Assembly (NCBI GenBank): GCA_963848135.1
Contig: CAWKCK010000003.1
Location: forward strand, 558,001 to 622,000
Reading direction: 5' to 3'
Source of the DNA: an uncultured delta proteobacterium
GTDB lineage: Bacteria; Desulfobacterota; Desulfobacteria; Desulfobacterales; SG8-13
Length of the DNA stretch: 64,000 nucleotides
Under the pieces are notes generated by a model. The model ran no database searches and was not told where the DNA came from. It saw only the letters and a program-made list of their open reading frames with translations. Every line of letters begins with the position of its first letter. The stretch's first letter is position 1. The position numbers and the translations under genes were made by a program. Below are positions 31,986-43,037 of this stretch, one piece after another.

Positions 31986-33125
31986 TTATTTCGGTATAAA
32001 GTCATCCAACACAGCGGTCTGGGCTGGTGCGGCCTTGATACTGTTGCAGTACCGGGTATAATTCGGACTGTTGGCCTGTGAAACCACCTCTCTGGCTATT
32101 GCGCGCGCCATTTCCTTTGCGATCGGCACCGTATAGTGGATATGATCAAAGTAATTTTCATCCTTCGTGGTGATTGGCGATTTGATCATAAAGTCAATCA
32201 GCAGCGCATTTTCATATCGGCAGGTGACTTCAGTCAGGCGGCGTTTGAATTCTTCCCACTTAAGGGCATCCATAGATCCGGGCGCGGCTTGGCGATAATG
32301 ATGAAACGGCGGGATGATGACAATTTTATTTGTCGTGTCCGGCAATTGGTTAAGCATCCGATCCAAATGAGCTATAGCCGGAAACTCAAAAGATTGAATT
32401 AGTTTCGGGGAGGCATGGACCGGAGGTTCCACGGGACTTTTTTCTTTCGGTGTCTTTGATCCGTAAATAATTTCCCTTATATGATCGATATCATGTGAGA
32501 ACATTGACTTTGTATAATCTTCATAACCGTCGACCCGAAATTTAGATGGCTTCATTCCCGTGATGCATTTAAACTGTTTTATGGTGATTTGCATCGTTCG
32601 CCAGTTATAGGGCAGCAAATCGTTGAAGGGGTTTTCATCGTACATCCATTCAGGGAAATGCTCAGATTTTACTGTGCCAATATGTGGCGAATAGTTGTTT
32701 TTATCGAAATAAGCCAGATCCGCATCGAAAATTACCGTTTTGGGATTCGGATGGGACCTTATAAAGACATTGAAGATAGCTTCCTGTTCAAACACGGATG
32801 CCGCATTCATGGCCAGGTTTACGAATTTGCTTTCCAGAAGTGGGTTCAAGTCATCCGGATTGAGCAATCGAATTGTTGAAGTTCCAATGATGGTGCTGTC
32901 GAACTGCGTTTTTTGGGCCAGGTTCGGATAAAAAAAGCGTTGTTCTGCGGTAATCGTGCCCCGATCAAAGTCAAACGATATCGGCAACATGCCATAAGGA
33001 TCTATAATCAGTATAAACAGGTATCCGGCGGTAAAAAGGCTGATAAGAGAAATAATCAATATCCTGAAAAACCTTTTCCAAGGGGCATCAGAATTGGAAA
33101 TAGATGAATTCACTGTAATTTCCAT
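31986..33125 (-). CDS. Membrane-anchored SGNH-like protein (MBOAT partner), paralog 2
   Basis: Clearly paralogous to 30713-31813; IIGTS, DHIHY; start overlaps the MBOAT stop. Confidence 0.7.
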   Translation of the reverse strand: MEITVNSSISNSDAPWKRFFRILIISLISLFTAGYLFILIIDPYGMLPISFDFDRGTITAEQRFFYPNLAQKTQFDSTIIGTSTIRLLNPDDLNPLLESKFVNLAMNAASVFEQEAIFNVFIRSHPNPKTVIFDADLAYFDKNNYSPHIGTVKSEHFPEWMYDENPFNDLLPYNWRTMQITIKQFKCITGMKPSKFRVDGYEDYTKSMFSHDIDHIREIIYGSKTPKEKSPVEPPVHASPKLIQSFEFPAIAHLDRMLNQLPDTTNKIVIIPPFHHYRQAAPGSMDALKWEEFKRRLTEVTCRYENALLIDFMIKSPITTKDENYFDHIHYTVPIAKEMARAIAREVVSQANSPNYTRYCNSIKAAPAQTAVLDDFIPK

Positions 33126-34470
33126 CACCGGCTCTGAGGGCCAAGTAAAATAAAGCACAGGCAACGATTACGGCATAAATCGGCCGAGGGCGAAGCCAGT
33201 GTGTCGCCAAGCGTTGACTGGTCGGTCCGATGAATGCCGGTAAGGCATAATAAAGGATTTGTCCCGGTGGATTGATATCGGGTAAATTAAATGAAAAGCC
33301 ATTGAAACCCACCATCGACCGCATTATCGTGCTGGCCGTTTCCAGGTTATCGGCACGAAAAATGACCCAGCCGAACATGACAAACGCTAAAGTTAAAACC
33401 CAGCCGATTGATTTGGGCATCGGTATGCCAGTTTTTTCCCAAAAGTGGTTGAGAACCAGAGCCAGGCCATGAAGTCCACCCCAGATGACAAACGTCCAAC
33501 CGGCACCGTGCCACAATCCACCGAGTAGCATCGTCACCATCAAAGCCACAACCTGTCGCGACAGGCCGAACCGATTTCCGCCCATCGGAATGTAAAGGTA
33601 ATCCCGCAAAAATCGGGAGAGGGTGATGTGCCAGCGCCGCCAGAAATCTCTTATGGATATCGCCAGATAGGGCGCATTGAAGTTTATGGGTATGGTCAGG
33701 CCGAACATTAAGCCCAACCCGATGGCCATATCGGAATATCCCGAAAAGTCATAATATATTTGAAGCGTGTAAGCCGCCGCAGCCACCCACGATCCATAGA
33801 ATGACAGCGTATTTCCGGTGGCGGCATCGTTGAACAGAAAACTGGCGGTTTCCGCCATGGTATCGGCGAGGATCATTTTTTTGAAAAGGCCGATGAATAG
33901 CAGGCTAAATCCCCTCGACAGGCGTTCATAGACGCCGTCTCTAAAAGGATCGAAAGCATACTGGGCAATAATTTCATTGTGTCGAACGATCGGTCCGGCA
34001 ATTAGCTGCGGGAAAAAGGTGACATAGAGCACGTACTTATGGAAAGGATAAATGGGTGCAGTACCCCTCTTTAAATCGACCAGGTAGGAAATTTGTTGAA
34101 ACGTAAAAAAACTGATGCCCAGGGGCAGAATAATATTCCAGGGCGCGAACTCGATACCAGATGTTGCGGAAACGTTGCCAAGGATAAAATCCGTATACTT
34201 AAAAAAGCCGATGATCAATAGATTCACAGCGACGCCGGCAAATAAAATCGTTTTGTTTGGATATAATGCATGCCATTTTGAACAAAACCAGTTGAAGGCC
34301 ACAGAGATAACGAGCAAGGGCAGGAACCGAAGGTCCCAATAAGCATAAAAAACCAAAGATGCCGAAATCAGAACCCAGATGCGCAGGGTTTCTTTTTTAG
34401 CGAAGGCAAAATAGAGTATGAGCGTGAGGGGTAAAAAAATTAGCAAAAATTCTTGCGAGTTAAACAACAT
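33088..34470 (-). CDS. MBOAT O-acyltransferase (AlgI/PatA/DltB family)
   Basis: LPLGISFFTFQ, FFPQLIAGPI, DFSGYSD, FWRRWHITLS, GLWHGA, C-terminal FIYFQF. Confidence 0.93.
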   Translation of the reverse strand: MLFNSQEFLLIFLPLTLILYFAFAKKETLRIWVLISASLVFYAYWDLRFLPLLVISVAFNWFCSKWHALYPNKTILFAGVAVNLLIIGFFKYTDFILGNVSATSGIEFAPWNIILPLGISFFTFQQISYLVDLKRGTAPIYPFHKYVLYVTFFPQLIAGPIVRHNEIIAQYAFDPFRDGVYERLSRGFSLLFIGLFKKMILADTMAETASFLFNDAATGNTLSFYGSWVAAAAYTLQIYYDFSGYSDMAIGLGLMFGLTIPINFNAPYLAISIRDFWRRWHITLSRFLRDYLYIPMGGNRFGLSRQVVALMVTMLLGGLWHGAGWTFVIWGGLHGLALVLNHFWEKTGIPMPKSIGWVLTLAFVMFGWVIFRADNLETASTIMRSMVGFNGFSFNLPDINPPGQILYYALPAFIGPTSQRLATHWLRPRPIYAVIVACALFYLALRAGDGNYSEFIYFQF

Positions 34471-34862
34471 AGCGTAGACCTTACTGGCAATTGAAGTTCC
34501 GCGAAATATATGGGTCTATTGACGATTTCGGTTTTATATAACAGTCCGTTCGTATCTGCAATACGAAACACTGCCGGAGTGGGACACCGTGTCAGTGCTC
34601 CCATTTTGCTTGGTATATCAGGCACCGCTTGGGACTGAATATAGCCCACATGCCGGGCGATTATGTCGTCTGATTCCGCCAGATATTCCCCTGACAATCC
34701 CGCGGTTCCGCCATGTTCGGTATTAAATCGGGTTGACAGTTCCGATAAGCCTTACTAAATATGTTAAGTTAGGCTCATTTTTTGGGTAGTTACTGTTATT
34801 CTAAAAATTCTCGTTTTCGACAGTTCTGGAGAGTCGAACCCGGGTCTTGAAACCAGCGTCGC

Positions 34863-35627
34863 GTGATAGGGGCTATGGATAAAAAACCAAAAAGCGATTT
34901 TGTCGGTATTGCCGGCTTATTTGAGGCGACTCAGATAAAAAAATATTTTATTACCTATGTTTATTTCATGGTTGGGGTCGAAGTCCTCATCCTATGGCTC
35001 ACCTTTCTCGGGAATATGGGGGGCCAGTTTCCGGTTAAATTTTACTTCCTGATGGCATTTTCCATACCATTGGCACTCACCTTTCTTCTGGGTGTGTTCA
35101 TTATTGCCTTCAACAAATTTGTTTTTGGAAAGGATCCTATCGAAGAAGACCGCCCCGATTCAGACCCCGAAGGGGCCACGGAATCCATAGGACCGAAGCA
35201 GAGCATATACCTGCAGCACGTCTGGCGCTTGCCCCTTTTTATAAAAATTGCGCTTCTTATTGCGGTTGCTTTCATCGTTTACAAAATGGAAGCTATTTTC
35301 AATTTTTTTATCAGTTTTGGGGAAAAAACAGCATGGTACGCGATGATTGCCGCCGGTGCCATTCTGGCGGGTGCATTCATATTCAGCCTCGTGTGGATTA
35401 TCGCCAGTTACCGGTTGCGGAAAAAGTATATGGAGTTTCAGTATCAGTATAAAAAGGACATTATGGAGCAACTTGGGCTGCTTGTTCTCAATGATGACAC
35501 CGTCATTGACAAACAGGGCAATACCGTATCTGATAAAGGGATCAAATACATTGAAACAGATGAACCCGGGTATCTTCTTAACGACGTCTCCACGTCTGCG
35601 GATGTGGAGACACGCCGGCCGCAGTAG
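34863..35627 (+). CDS. Hypothetical membrane protein (about 4 TM), paralog A
   Basis: Hydrophobic segments; similar to the downstream ORF. Confidence 0.7.
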   Translation: MIGAMDKKPKSDFVGIAGLFEATQIKKYFITYVYFMVGVEVLILWLTFLGNMGGQFPVKFYFLMAFSIPLALTFLLGVFIIAFNKFVFGKDPIEEDRPDSDPEGATESIGPKQSIYLQHVWRLPLFIKIALLIAVAFIVYKMEAIFNFFISFGEKTAWYAMIAAGAILAGAFIFSLVWIIASYRLRKKYMEFQYQYKKDIMEQLGLLVLNDDTVIDKQGNTVSDKGIKYIETDEPGYLLNDVSTSADVETRRPQ

Positions 35628-35706
35628 TGGATGCGCGTGTCGACAATACCACCGCCGGCATGAGGCTCTCCCGCCAATTGCCACAATATGAAACTTAGGT
35701 AATCCA

Positions 35707-36468
35707 ATGAAGAAAAAACTTAAAAAGGGTAAACTGGTAGGCGTTGCCAGTCTCTTTGACGAAATACAGCTGCGAAGTTATTTTTTAAACTATCTTTACA
35801 TCGTTGTCGGGATAGAGGTGTTGATTTTTCTTGTTACCTATATCGGTACCATAACCCCAACAGAACAGCCATTTCCATGGAAACTCTATTTCTTCCTGGC
35901 GTTTACCGTGCCGGTGGCATTCACTTTTTTACTTGGCCTTTTGGTTTTAGCGTTCAATTACTTTTGCTTTGGTGACGCGAAAGCCAATGAAAAAGATGAA
36001 ACCCTGGTCGCCGGGAATCAGGAGAACAAATCCTATCTGCTGAAATTCAATTCGTTTCTCTATACAACACGCAAACTGCCTTTTTTATTTATTATGCTGT
36101 TGCTGCTGATCGGTGCGCTGATTGTATATAAGATGGACGTTATTTTGATGTTCGTGGTCAATGCCAGCGAAAAAATGGTCCAGTATCTTCTCATTGCCGG
36201 TGGCGTGCTCCTGGTTGCTGGTGTTGTATTTGGCGGTATTTGGCTTTTTATTAACTACAGACTGAGAAAAAAGCATATGGATTACCAGTACCAATACCGC
36301 AATCAGGTTATGGAGCGCCTCGAGTTCCTGGTAATGGATGATCACACCGTCGTTAAAAAAGATGGTGAGGTGATCAGCTTGTCCGAACCCAGAATGATCG
36401 CCAGAGGCGGATCGGGTAAGCAGAGATTTCAGGTTTTGCCGGGACCGGCAGACTTGTCCGGAAAGTGA
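35707..36468 (+). CDS. Hypothetical membrane protein (about 4 TM), paralog B
   Basis: Shares VGxEVLI, FPxKxYF, TFLLG, YRLRKKxMxxQYQY with the upstream ORF. Confidence 0.7.
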   Translation: MKKKLKKGKLVGVASLFDEIQLRSYFLNYLYIVVGIEVLIFLVTYIGTITPTEQPFPWKLYFFLAFTVPVAFTFLLGLLVLAFNYFCFGDAKANEKDETLVAGNQENKSYLLKFNSFLYTTRKLPFLFIMLLLLIGALIVYKMDVILMFVVNASEKMVQYLLIAGGVLLVAGVVFGGIWLFINYRLRKKHMDYQYQYRNQVMERLEFLVMDDHTVVKKDGEVISLSEPRMIARGGSGKQRFQVLPGPADLSGK

Positions 36469-36621
36469 CCCTTTATAATTTCGCCGGCAGGGCACGATCA
36501 GCCGAACGCTGCATTATTCCAGAACTTGATACCTCTGATATTCCTGTATTCCTGCTTAAATGATCATCGTATCAGATGTACCATCGGCAATTAAAACTTC
36601 CCGCTCGGGATTGCCTCGTTC

Positions 36622-37548
36622 ATGCTAAAGTCGTCGTTGCTCAAACAGACTGTCATCCCTAACAATAAAAAAGGTATCCTGGCGGGGCCCCTCATATTTT
36701 CGGCGTTTGCCGGACTGCTGCTGATAGTTGTGCTCTATCCCATCCTGATGAAACTGGATTTTTCTTCTAAGTTGAGACACGGCCTGGAAGGCACAATATT
36801 GATCTTTGTTGTGTTTATGGTCGTGTTGGCCTATCAGGTCGCCAAGGCAATTAAAATTCGCAAATTTTTAAAAGGTGCGGAAGCACCATTACTGGTGCGA
36901 GAGCTGATGTCGGTTTGCCTCGAAGGAGATATTGGGTGTTTGCAGAAACTGCTCGCTGAACAGGAACCGTCTGATTTTCACATCATGTTGGCGTTGCTGC
37001 AGGCCAAAGCCGAAAGTATTCTGCAAACCGATATTGCGCACATGACGGATATCCATAAAAAGATCGGTTTAAGAATCTTCAATAAAAAATGTAACCCGTC
37101 AACCCACCTTTTTTTTAGAAAGCCGGATGAATATTCGCGGGCCGCGCTACCCCGGGAAATCGTCTTGCTTCGAAAAGCCCTTAAAGAGGATTGGCCGACG
37201 TCAATATCGCGCAACTTGGAGGAAATTGAGAGTTCTCGTCGCGCACTGTTCACGTTGTTTAATGACTATCTCGATATTGTCCCCGAGCAGGTCACGCACC
37301 TTCGTTTTCTCCGCCAAACTTACAAATATCGGTCTCCGGCACCGGACATCGCCCGTAAAATTACATTTTGCCTCGACGTGTTTGATTGTGTTGACCGGCT
37401 GAAGGAAAATGGAGATAAATCACCACTGATGAATAAAATTGAATCGACGGCCCTCATCCGGATACCGTTGCTCCGTGAGGCCATGGACCGTTACCAGACC
37501 GCTTGGGAAGCAATGGTCGACACATATGAATTTAGCTTGTCGTATTGA
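36622..37548 (+). CDS. Hypothetical protein with 2 N-terminal TM helices
   Basis: 308-aa ORF with no recognised motif. Confidence 0.6.
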   Translation: MLKSSLLKQTVIPNNKKGILAGPLIFSAFAGLLLIVVLYPILMKLDFSSKLRHGLEGTILIFVVFMVVLAYQVAKAIKIRKFLKGAEAPLLVRELMSVCLEGDIGCLQKLLAEQEPSDFHIMLALLQAKAESILQTDIAHMTDIHKKIGLRIFNKKCNPSTHLFFRKPDEYSRAALPREIVLLRKALKEDWPTSISRNLEEIESSRRALFTLFNDYLDIVPEQVTHLRFLRQTYKYRSPAPDIARKITFCLDVFDCVDRLKENGDKSPLMNKIESTALIRIPLLREAMDRYQTAWEAMVDTYEFSLSY

Positions 37549-37818
37549 TGGACGGAAACGATTTCTGTACCCTGTCTGAGCGCGTTTTTTAGCAAGGCCT
37601 TATAAATGACAACCATACATTCCGATTGACAAACGCAGTTCTGAATTGATACAAAGAAGCGTCCGACTGCAATTATTCCTACTTCGCTTGAGCTGATAAG
37701 TTAACGGGCCGATCAAACCAGATCGGCCCGTTCAATTTTAGCATTCCAAATTAGAGCTAATTTTGCTGTTTTAGACCGCGTTTCTAAAATAAATTCCAAA
37801 ATACCAAAACCAAAGACA

Positions 37819-39195
37819 ATGGCATTTTCATTTTTTCAAAACAACCGTGCGGTTAATCTGAAAAAAAGTAGCGGGCTTACGACCAATACGTCCTTCCAAA
37901 AACAACTGCTTCTGCGGTTGGCTTTGGCTTCGGCTGTCATTGCTGCGATTCTTGCCGTTGTGGTCTTTTTCAACGAACGCAGCAAGGTGGGAAATATTGT
38001 CAGCAACCGTGCCAACCAGATCGCTATGCGTTTCAACGATCAGATCATCGAACTGCTCGACACGCCGGGGCTTGCCGATCGCGAGGCGCTGCAACAGGAA
38101 CTAGACATCCTTTTCATTGCCGGAAACCTCAAACAATTCATCGGACATCTGGTCTGTGTGAGCATTTACGATTCCGTCGATCGAAAATTGGCCACCGCGG
38201 CCGATGGCGGTTTTGTCCACATCACCGCGGTCCAAAGGGACCTGGAGAAATTTCACCGTGCACGGGCACACAATGGAAAAACATGGTTCGATGTCATGCG
38301 GATCGACGGTGAGATGTATGTTCATGTCGCTATTCCTCTGACCAACAGCCGCCGTGAGGTGGTGGCCCATGCGGAAGGAATGGTCGCTGTCAACCCGGAC
38401 ACGGTGGACGAAATCGAGAACCGGATTGTCAAAACCGTCGTCGAGGTGATCCTGATCGTTTTCGTCGTCACCGCCTTCTTGTATCCAGTAATCCTTTCCC
38501 TGATCGGCAAGCTGACCAGGGTGACAGACGGCCTTCTGGATTCCAACCTGGAAACCCTGCGCGTGCTTGGCAGTGCGATTGCCAAACGCGATAGTGAAAC
38601 CGATATCCACAATTACCGTGTCACCATCTATGCGGTCCGCCTCGCGGAGGCTGTCGGGCTGGATCGCCGGTCCATCAGATCTCTGATCAAGGGCGCCTTC
38701 CTCCATGATGTGGGGAAGATCGGGATCAGTGATCGCATCCTGATGAAACCGAACCGACTCACGGATGAGGAATTCGAAGTGATGAAAAGCCATGTAAAAC
38801 ACGGGGTGGACATCGTCGAGCGCTCGGTTTGGTTAAAGGATGCCACCCAGGTTGTAGGGTATCACCATGAGAAGTACGCCGGCGATGGATATCCTGCCGG
38901 TATTGGTGGAGAAAACATACCGGTTACCGCTCGGATTTTCGCCATCGCGGATGTGTTTGATGCCTTGACGTCAAAGCGGCCCTACAAAGAACCGATTGAC
39001 TTTGAAATAGCCATCGACACCCTCAAAAAGAAGCGTGGTTGCCATCTCGACCCGATGTTGGTCGACGCATTCGTCTTGATTTCCCGGCCTCTTTTTGAAG
39101 ATTTAATCAACGGCGACCATGACAAACCACACCGGAAGCTCGAAGAAATCCTGCAGCGGTATTTTCCCACCGGATTTGAAACTTTCAGGCCGTAG
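37819..39195 (+). CDS. Membrane-anchored HD-GYP cyclic-dinucleotide phosphodiesterase
   Basis: TM-sensor-TM architecture; LHDVGKIGI, HHEKYAGDGYP, ADVFDALTSKRPYK. Confidence 0.9.
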   Translation: MAFSFFQNNRAVNLKKSSGLTTNTSFQKQLLLRLALASAVIAAILAVVVFFNERSKVGNIVSNRANQIAMRFNDQIIELLDTPGLADREALQQELDILFIAGNLKQFIGHLVCVSIYDSVDRKLATAADGGFVHITAVQRDLEKFHRARAHNGKTWFDVMRIDGEMYVHVAIPLTNSRREVVAHAEGMVAVNPDTVDEIENRIVKTVVEVILIVFVVTAFLYPVILSLIGKLTRVTDGLLDSNLETLRVLGSAIAKRDSETDIHNYRVTIYAVRLAEAVGLDRRSIRSLIKGAFLHDVGKIGISDRILMKPNRLTDEEFEVMKSHVKHGVDIVERSVWLKDATQVVGYHHEKYAGDGYPAGIGGENIPVTARIFAIADVFDALTSKRPYKEPIDFEIAIDTLKKKRGCHLDPMLVDAFVLISRPLFEDLINGDHDKPHRKLEEILQRYFPTGFETFRP

Positions 39196-39365
39196 GAATC
39201 AAGGGGCGCGATGTCGTCTTCACTGAACATCTTTTGAAATGATAAGTGTTATACTGTTTTTTAATAATAGATTCCGATGTACAGATGGAGTGCTGTCACG
39301 ATTAAAGATACGCCTGATAAGTACTTGCCAAGATTAAAGGCCGGCGGGAGAGCCAGCCCCGTCCG

Positions 39366-41585
39366 TTACCTGTCTTCCAGCATCCTGATTTCATCGGTGC
39401 GAACCCGTAGCCGCTGACTCAGCACTAAGGCAATATTTGTCAAAAATTTGGCCGCGACATGGGGGAAATTTCGGCAGAGCGACTGAAAATCGGATTGTGA
39501 CAGCCGATGAACTTCACAATTGTCTTCCGCCCATACATCGGCAGATCGCGGTTTTCCGTCCAGAAAGGCCACTTCCCCGAAGATCGTTCCGGCACTATAA
39601 GTAAACAATCTTTTTTTGCGGTTACTGCTGGGAAGGTTCAATCCGACGCACACCTCACCGCGGGTGAGCAGGAATAAGTCGCACTCAGTTTGCCCCTCTC
39701 GTATGATATACTCTCCCTTTACAAATGTCATTCGATCCAGCTTCGACTTGAATACCTCCAGGTCGCTTGAACTCAACCCTTTGAGGATGTCCTGGGTTTC
39801 TACTTGACCCGGATCCGTTTCACCAGTTGCCGGGTAACTTTTTAAAAGTTCGTCTTCCGCCCATTCAAGCGCCTTGTCCGTATCGACAAAAAAGTATTCC
39901 GTGGGCAGGGCGCTGACAGCACCAATGGCATCCAGAAATCCCCACAATGAATTGTCATTTTCTATGTGGCTGATCAGCAGACATTTGTTACGGTTTTTGA
40001 TGCTTCTTGCCAGCCGGATGAGTATATTGGCACCGGTGCTGTCGATTTCATTGACATGTTTCATATCCAGTATGCAGTAGTCTATTCCGGAAACCTCGGT
40101 TTCGATAACCTGGGCAAGGCGATCCGCCGATCCGAAAAATATGGGACCTTGAAGCTCGAACACCCGAATTTTATGACCGTTTTCCTTGAGGTACTGACAT
40201 TGATCGAGGACCCGGACTTTATTTGAGGTGACGCGATTCCCAGAGTATTGACGCCGAACGATCGAAGTCCCCATCTTGGTTACAAAATAGGCGGTTGAAA
40301 TGGCCAATCCGATGATAACGGCAGTCATAAGATTGGCGCTTACCGTAATAACGGCCACACTGATATTGATGATGAGGGTGACCAAAATGTCTTTCCGGAA
40401 TGCGTTGGGGCGCTGCAGAGATTTTAGCATGCGAACTGTCGAGCGATCGAAAAGGTTAATACCGACAGCAATGATGATGCCGGAAAATACGGCCAGGGGT
40501 ATCCGTCCGATCAGGGGCGCCATGGTCAAGAATATTATCAGAAGCAGAAAACTGCACAGCATGCCCGACATTCTGCCACGCGCACCGGCACGAAAATTGG
40601 CAACCGATCTCGGAATCGATGCTGCTGAGAACAGCGCGCCGAAAAACGAAGCAATGACGTTGCCGACGCCCTGTCCGACGAGTTCCCGGTTACTATCGTG
40701 CCGCCTGCTGTTAAGGCTATCCATGACGACTGAACTGAAAAGAGATTCCATGGAGCCGATCAGGCCGAGTACGATTCCGTATGCGACCAGTTCGGATATC
40801 AGTGCCGGAGAAAAGACGCTCTTGATCTGACGAAAGATATGAACAAATGCTACCGGACCGGGAATGGATGCTTGAAGATTACCGATGGAAGGGGGGAGGT
40901 CTGGTGATTTCAAGACAAGCCAAATGACGAGGTAGACACCGGTACCGCTGAGAAATCCGAACAGCAATGACGGGACTCGCTTTATGTACGTTCTGGACAG
41001 AAAAATGGATATCACTGTCACCAAACCGGTAATTACAGCTATCGGGTTCACGATGGCGGATTCGGCCAGAATTTCTTTCAGGCCGATGCCATTCTGCAGA
41101 CCAAATAAGGCGGGCAGTTGTTTCCAGATCAGTAGTAGGGCAATGCCATTCATGAATCCAGCCACCACCGGATGGGGGACATATTTTACTATGTTGCCCA
41201 GTTTGAAATATCCGAACAGTATTTGGGCGACACCGCCGATCAAAACACAAATCATGGTCAGCCCGACGATCACGGATTGGTTTGAGGCCAGCTGCGGGGG
41301 AAGGTGAGAACCGCTAACAAGGATGATCACAACCGAAGCCAATATTAGTGTGAGTGGCGCCTTGGGGCCAGATATTTGTGCCGGGGTTCCACCGAAAAAG
41401 GCGGCGAAAAAGCCACCGATGATTGCGGCATTCAACCCGATGAGGGCCGCGGTGGGAAAGAATTCCTTACCCAGTGGCGCGAAGGCGGTAACGCCGTAGC
41501 CAATCGCCATAGGAAGGGTGATAATTGCGGCCGAAAGCGCACCGACAAATTCACTTCTGACGTAGAGTGCGTTTTTAGTTGGCAT
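39366..41585 (-). CDS. SulP-family anion transporter with STAS and cNMP-binding domains
   Basis: ISGP, GQGVGN TM core; LQGPIFFGS/EIDSTG STAS; FGEVAFLDGKPRSA cNMP cassette. Confidence 0.9.
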   Translation of the reverse strand: MPTKNALYVRSEFVGALSAAIITLPMAIGYGVTAFAPLGKEFFPTAALIGLNAAIIGGFFAAFFGGTPAQISGPKAPLTLILASVVIILVSGSHLPPQLASNQSVIVGLTMICVLIGGVAQILFGYFKLGNIVKYVPHPVVAGFMNGIALLLIWKQLPALFGLQNGIGLKEILAESAIVNPIAVITGLVTVISIFLSRTYIKRVPSLLFGFLSGTGVYLVIWLVLKSPDLPPSIGNLQASIPGPVAFVHIFRQIKSVFSPALISELVAYGIVLGLIGSMESLFSSVVMDSLNSRRHDSNRELVGQGVGNVIASFFGALFSAASIPRSVANFRAGARGRMSGMLCSFLLLIIFLTMAPLIGRIPLAVFSGIIIAVGINLFDRSTVRMLKSLQRPNAFRKDILVTLIINISVAVITVSANLMTAVIIGLAISTAYFVTKMGTSIVRRQYSGNRVTSNKVRVLDQCQYLKENGHKIRVFELQGPIFFGSADRLAQVIETEVSGIDYCILDMKHVNEIDSTGANILIRLARSIKNRNKCLLISHIENDNSLWGFLDAIGAVSALPTEYFFVDTDKALEWAEDELLKSYPATGETDPGQVETQDILKGLSSSDLEVFKSKLDRMTFVKGEYIIREGQTECDLFLLTRGEVCVGLNLPSSNRKKRLFTYSAGTIFGEVAFLDGKPRSADVWAEDNCEVHRLSQSDFQSLCRNFPHVAAKFLTNIALVLSQRLRVRTDEIRMLEDR

Positions 41586-41685
41586 GTAAATAGTTATTCG
41601 AGAAGGATAGAAAGAATCACAGAATTAATAACAATCACCAGTGAATGAGTTCGCCTTAAAAAGCAAGTGTAATGTTATTATTTTT

Positions 41686-43037
41686 GGATCATATCCGAAT
41701 TAGTTGTAGTGAAGCAGGGCAAAAAAAGTGTGTAATAGATTAAAACAGAATGGACATCCGGTATCTCTTATGGGTATTGGTTTTTTCGCCCAAGAAAAAA
41801 CATATCCAAAGGAGGCCTGCGATGTCCGTTCCCACCATAGCACCTTATTTCCCTTTTGGTCGAATCAAAATTACCAATCAGAGTGTTACAGCCGATGCCG
41901 GCACTGCACACATCCAGATGCAGCCCGACGGACGCTATGCACCAGTCTGCCACGGCTGCGGCCGCAGGGCCACTGGCGTTCACAGCTGGACCCAGCGCAA
42001 GGTGCGGGACCTGAACATGGCCACCGCCCGGGTCTGGCTGGCTTGTCGCTACCGCAAAGTGTTCTGCGCTCACTGCCATGGCATTCATATCGAGGATCTG
42101 GAGCTCTTTCATCCCTATTTGAGAGTCACCCAACGGATGGCGCGTTACGTATATCAATTATGCCGATTTATGACCGTCTCCGAGGTCGCTCGGCACCTGG
42201 GGTTGAATTGGAAAACGGTCAAGAACATCGACAAATATTACTTGGAGCACGACTACGGGCAGCCCGATTTAAACGGCCTGCGTATTTTGGCGGTAGACGA
42301 GATCTCCGTGCGCAAGGGCCATCGCTACCTGACGGTGGTCCTGGATTATCTGAGCGGCCGGGTGGTCTATGTCGGAAAACATCGCCAGGCCGACACGCTC
42401 AAACGCTTTTTCAATCAGCTCAGCCGGAAGCAACTCGCCGGCATCGAGGCGGTTGTGATGGACATGTGGAAGCCGTTCATCAAAGCCGTTAAAAAAAAGT
42501 GCCTCACGCTAAAATCGTGTTCGATCTGTTCCATGTGGTCGCCAAATTTAATCGCGTCATCGACAAAGTACGAAACAGCGAATATCGCAATGCCGCCAAG
42601 GAAGATAAAAACGTTTACAAAGGCACCAAGTATCTGTTGCTGAAAAACCGAAAAAATCTGAAGACCCAGGAGCAAAGGCAGCATCTCAAAGAACTTCTGG
42701 CACTAAACGAAACCATCAACACTGTCATGATCCTAAAAGAGAAGCTCAAACATATCTGGACTTACCGTTCACGAACCTGGGCGATCAAGGCACTTGATGA
42801 CTGGTGCTCACTGGCTCGATCCTTGAATCATCCATCTGTAAACGCCTTTGCTAAAACTCTGGAACGATATATCTACGGTATCCTCAACCACTGTGATTAC
42901 CCCATTCATACCGGTAAACTTGAAGGGGTAAATAACAAAATAAAGGTCATTAAACGTAAAGCCTATGGGTTCCACGATTTACGCTACTTTACATTAAAAA
43001 TCTACCAGGCTTTCTCCCACTAATCGGGAGAAGAACC
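41686..43037 (+). mobile_element. ISL3-family insertion sequence, 1352 bp, with 8-bp TSD TTATTTTT
   Basis: Imperfect IRs GGATCATATCCGAATTAGT and (reverse complement) GGTTCTTCTCCCGATTAGT; TTATTTTT at 41678-41685 and 43038-43045. Confidence 0.92.
41822..43023 (+). CDS. ISL3 transposase (frameshift at the A8 run, 42491-42498)
   Basis: CHGCG...CAHC zinc finger, AVDE, MDMW, FDLFHV, EGVNNKIKVIKRKAYGF. Confidence 0.9.
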
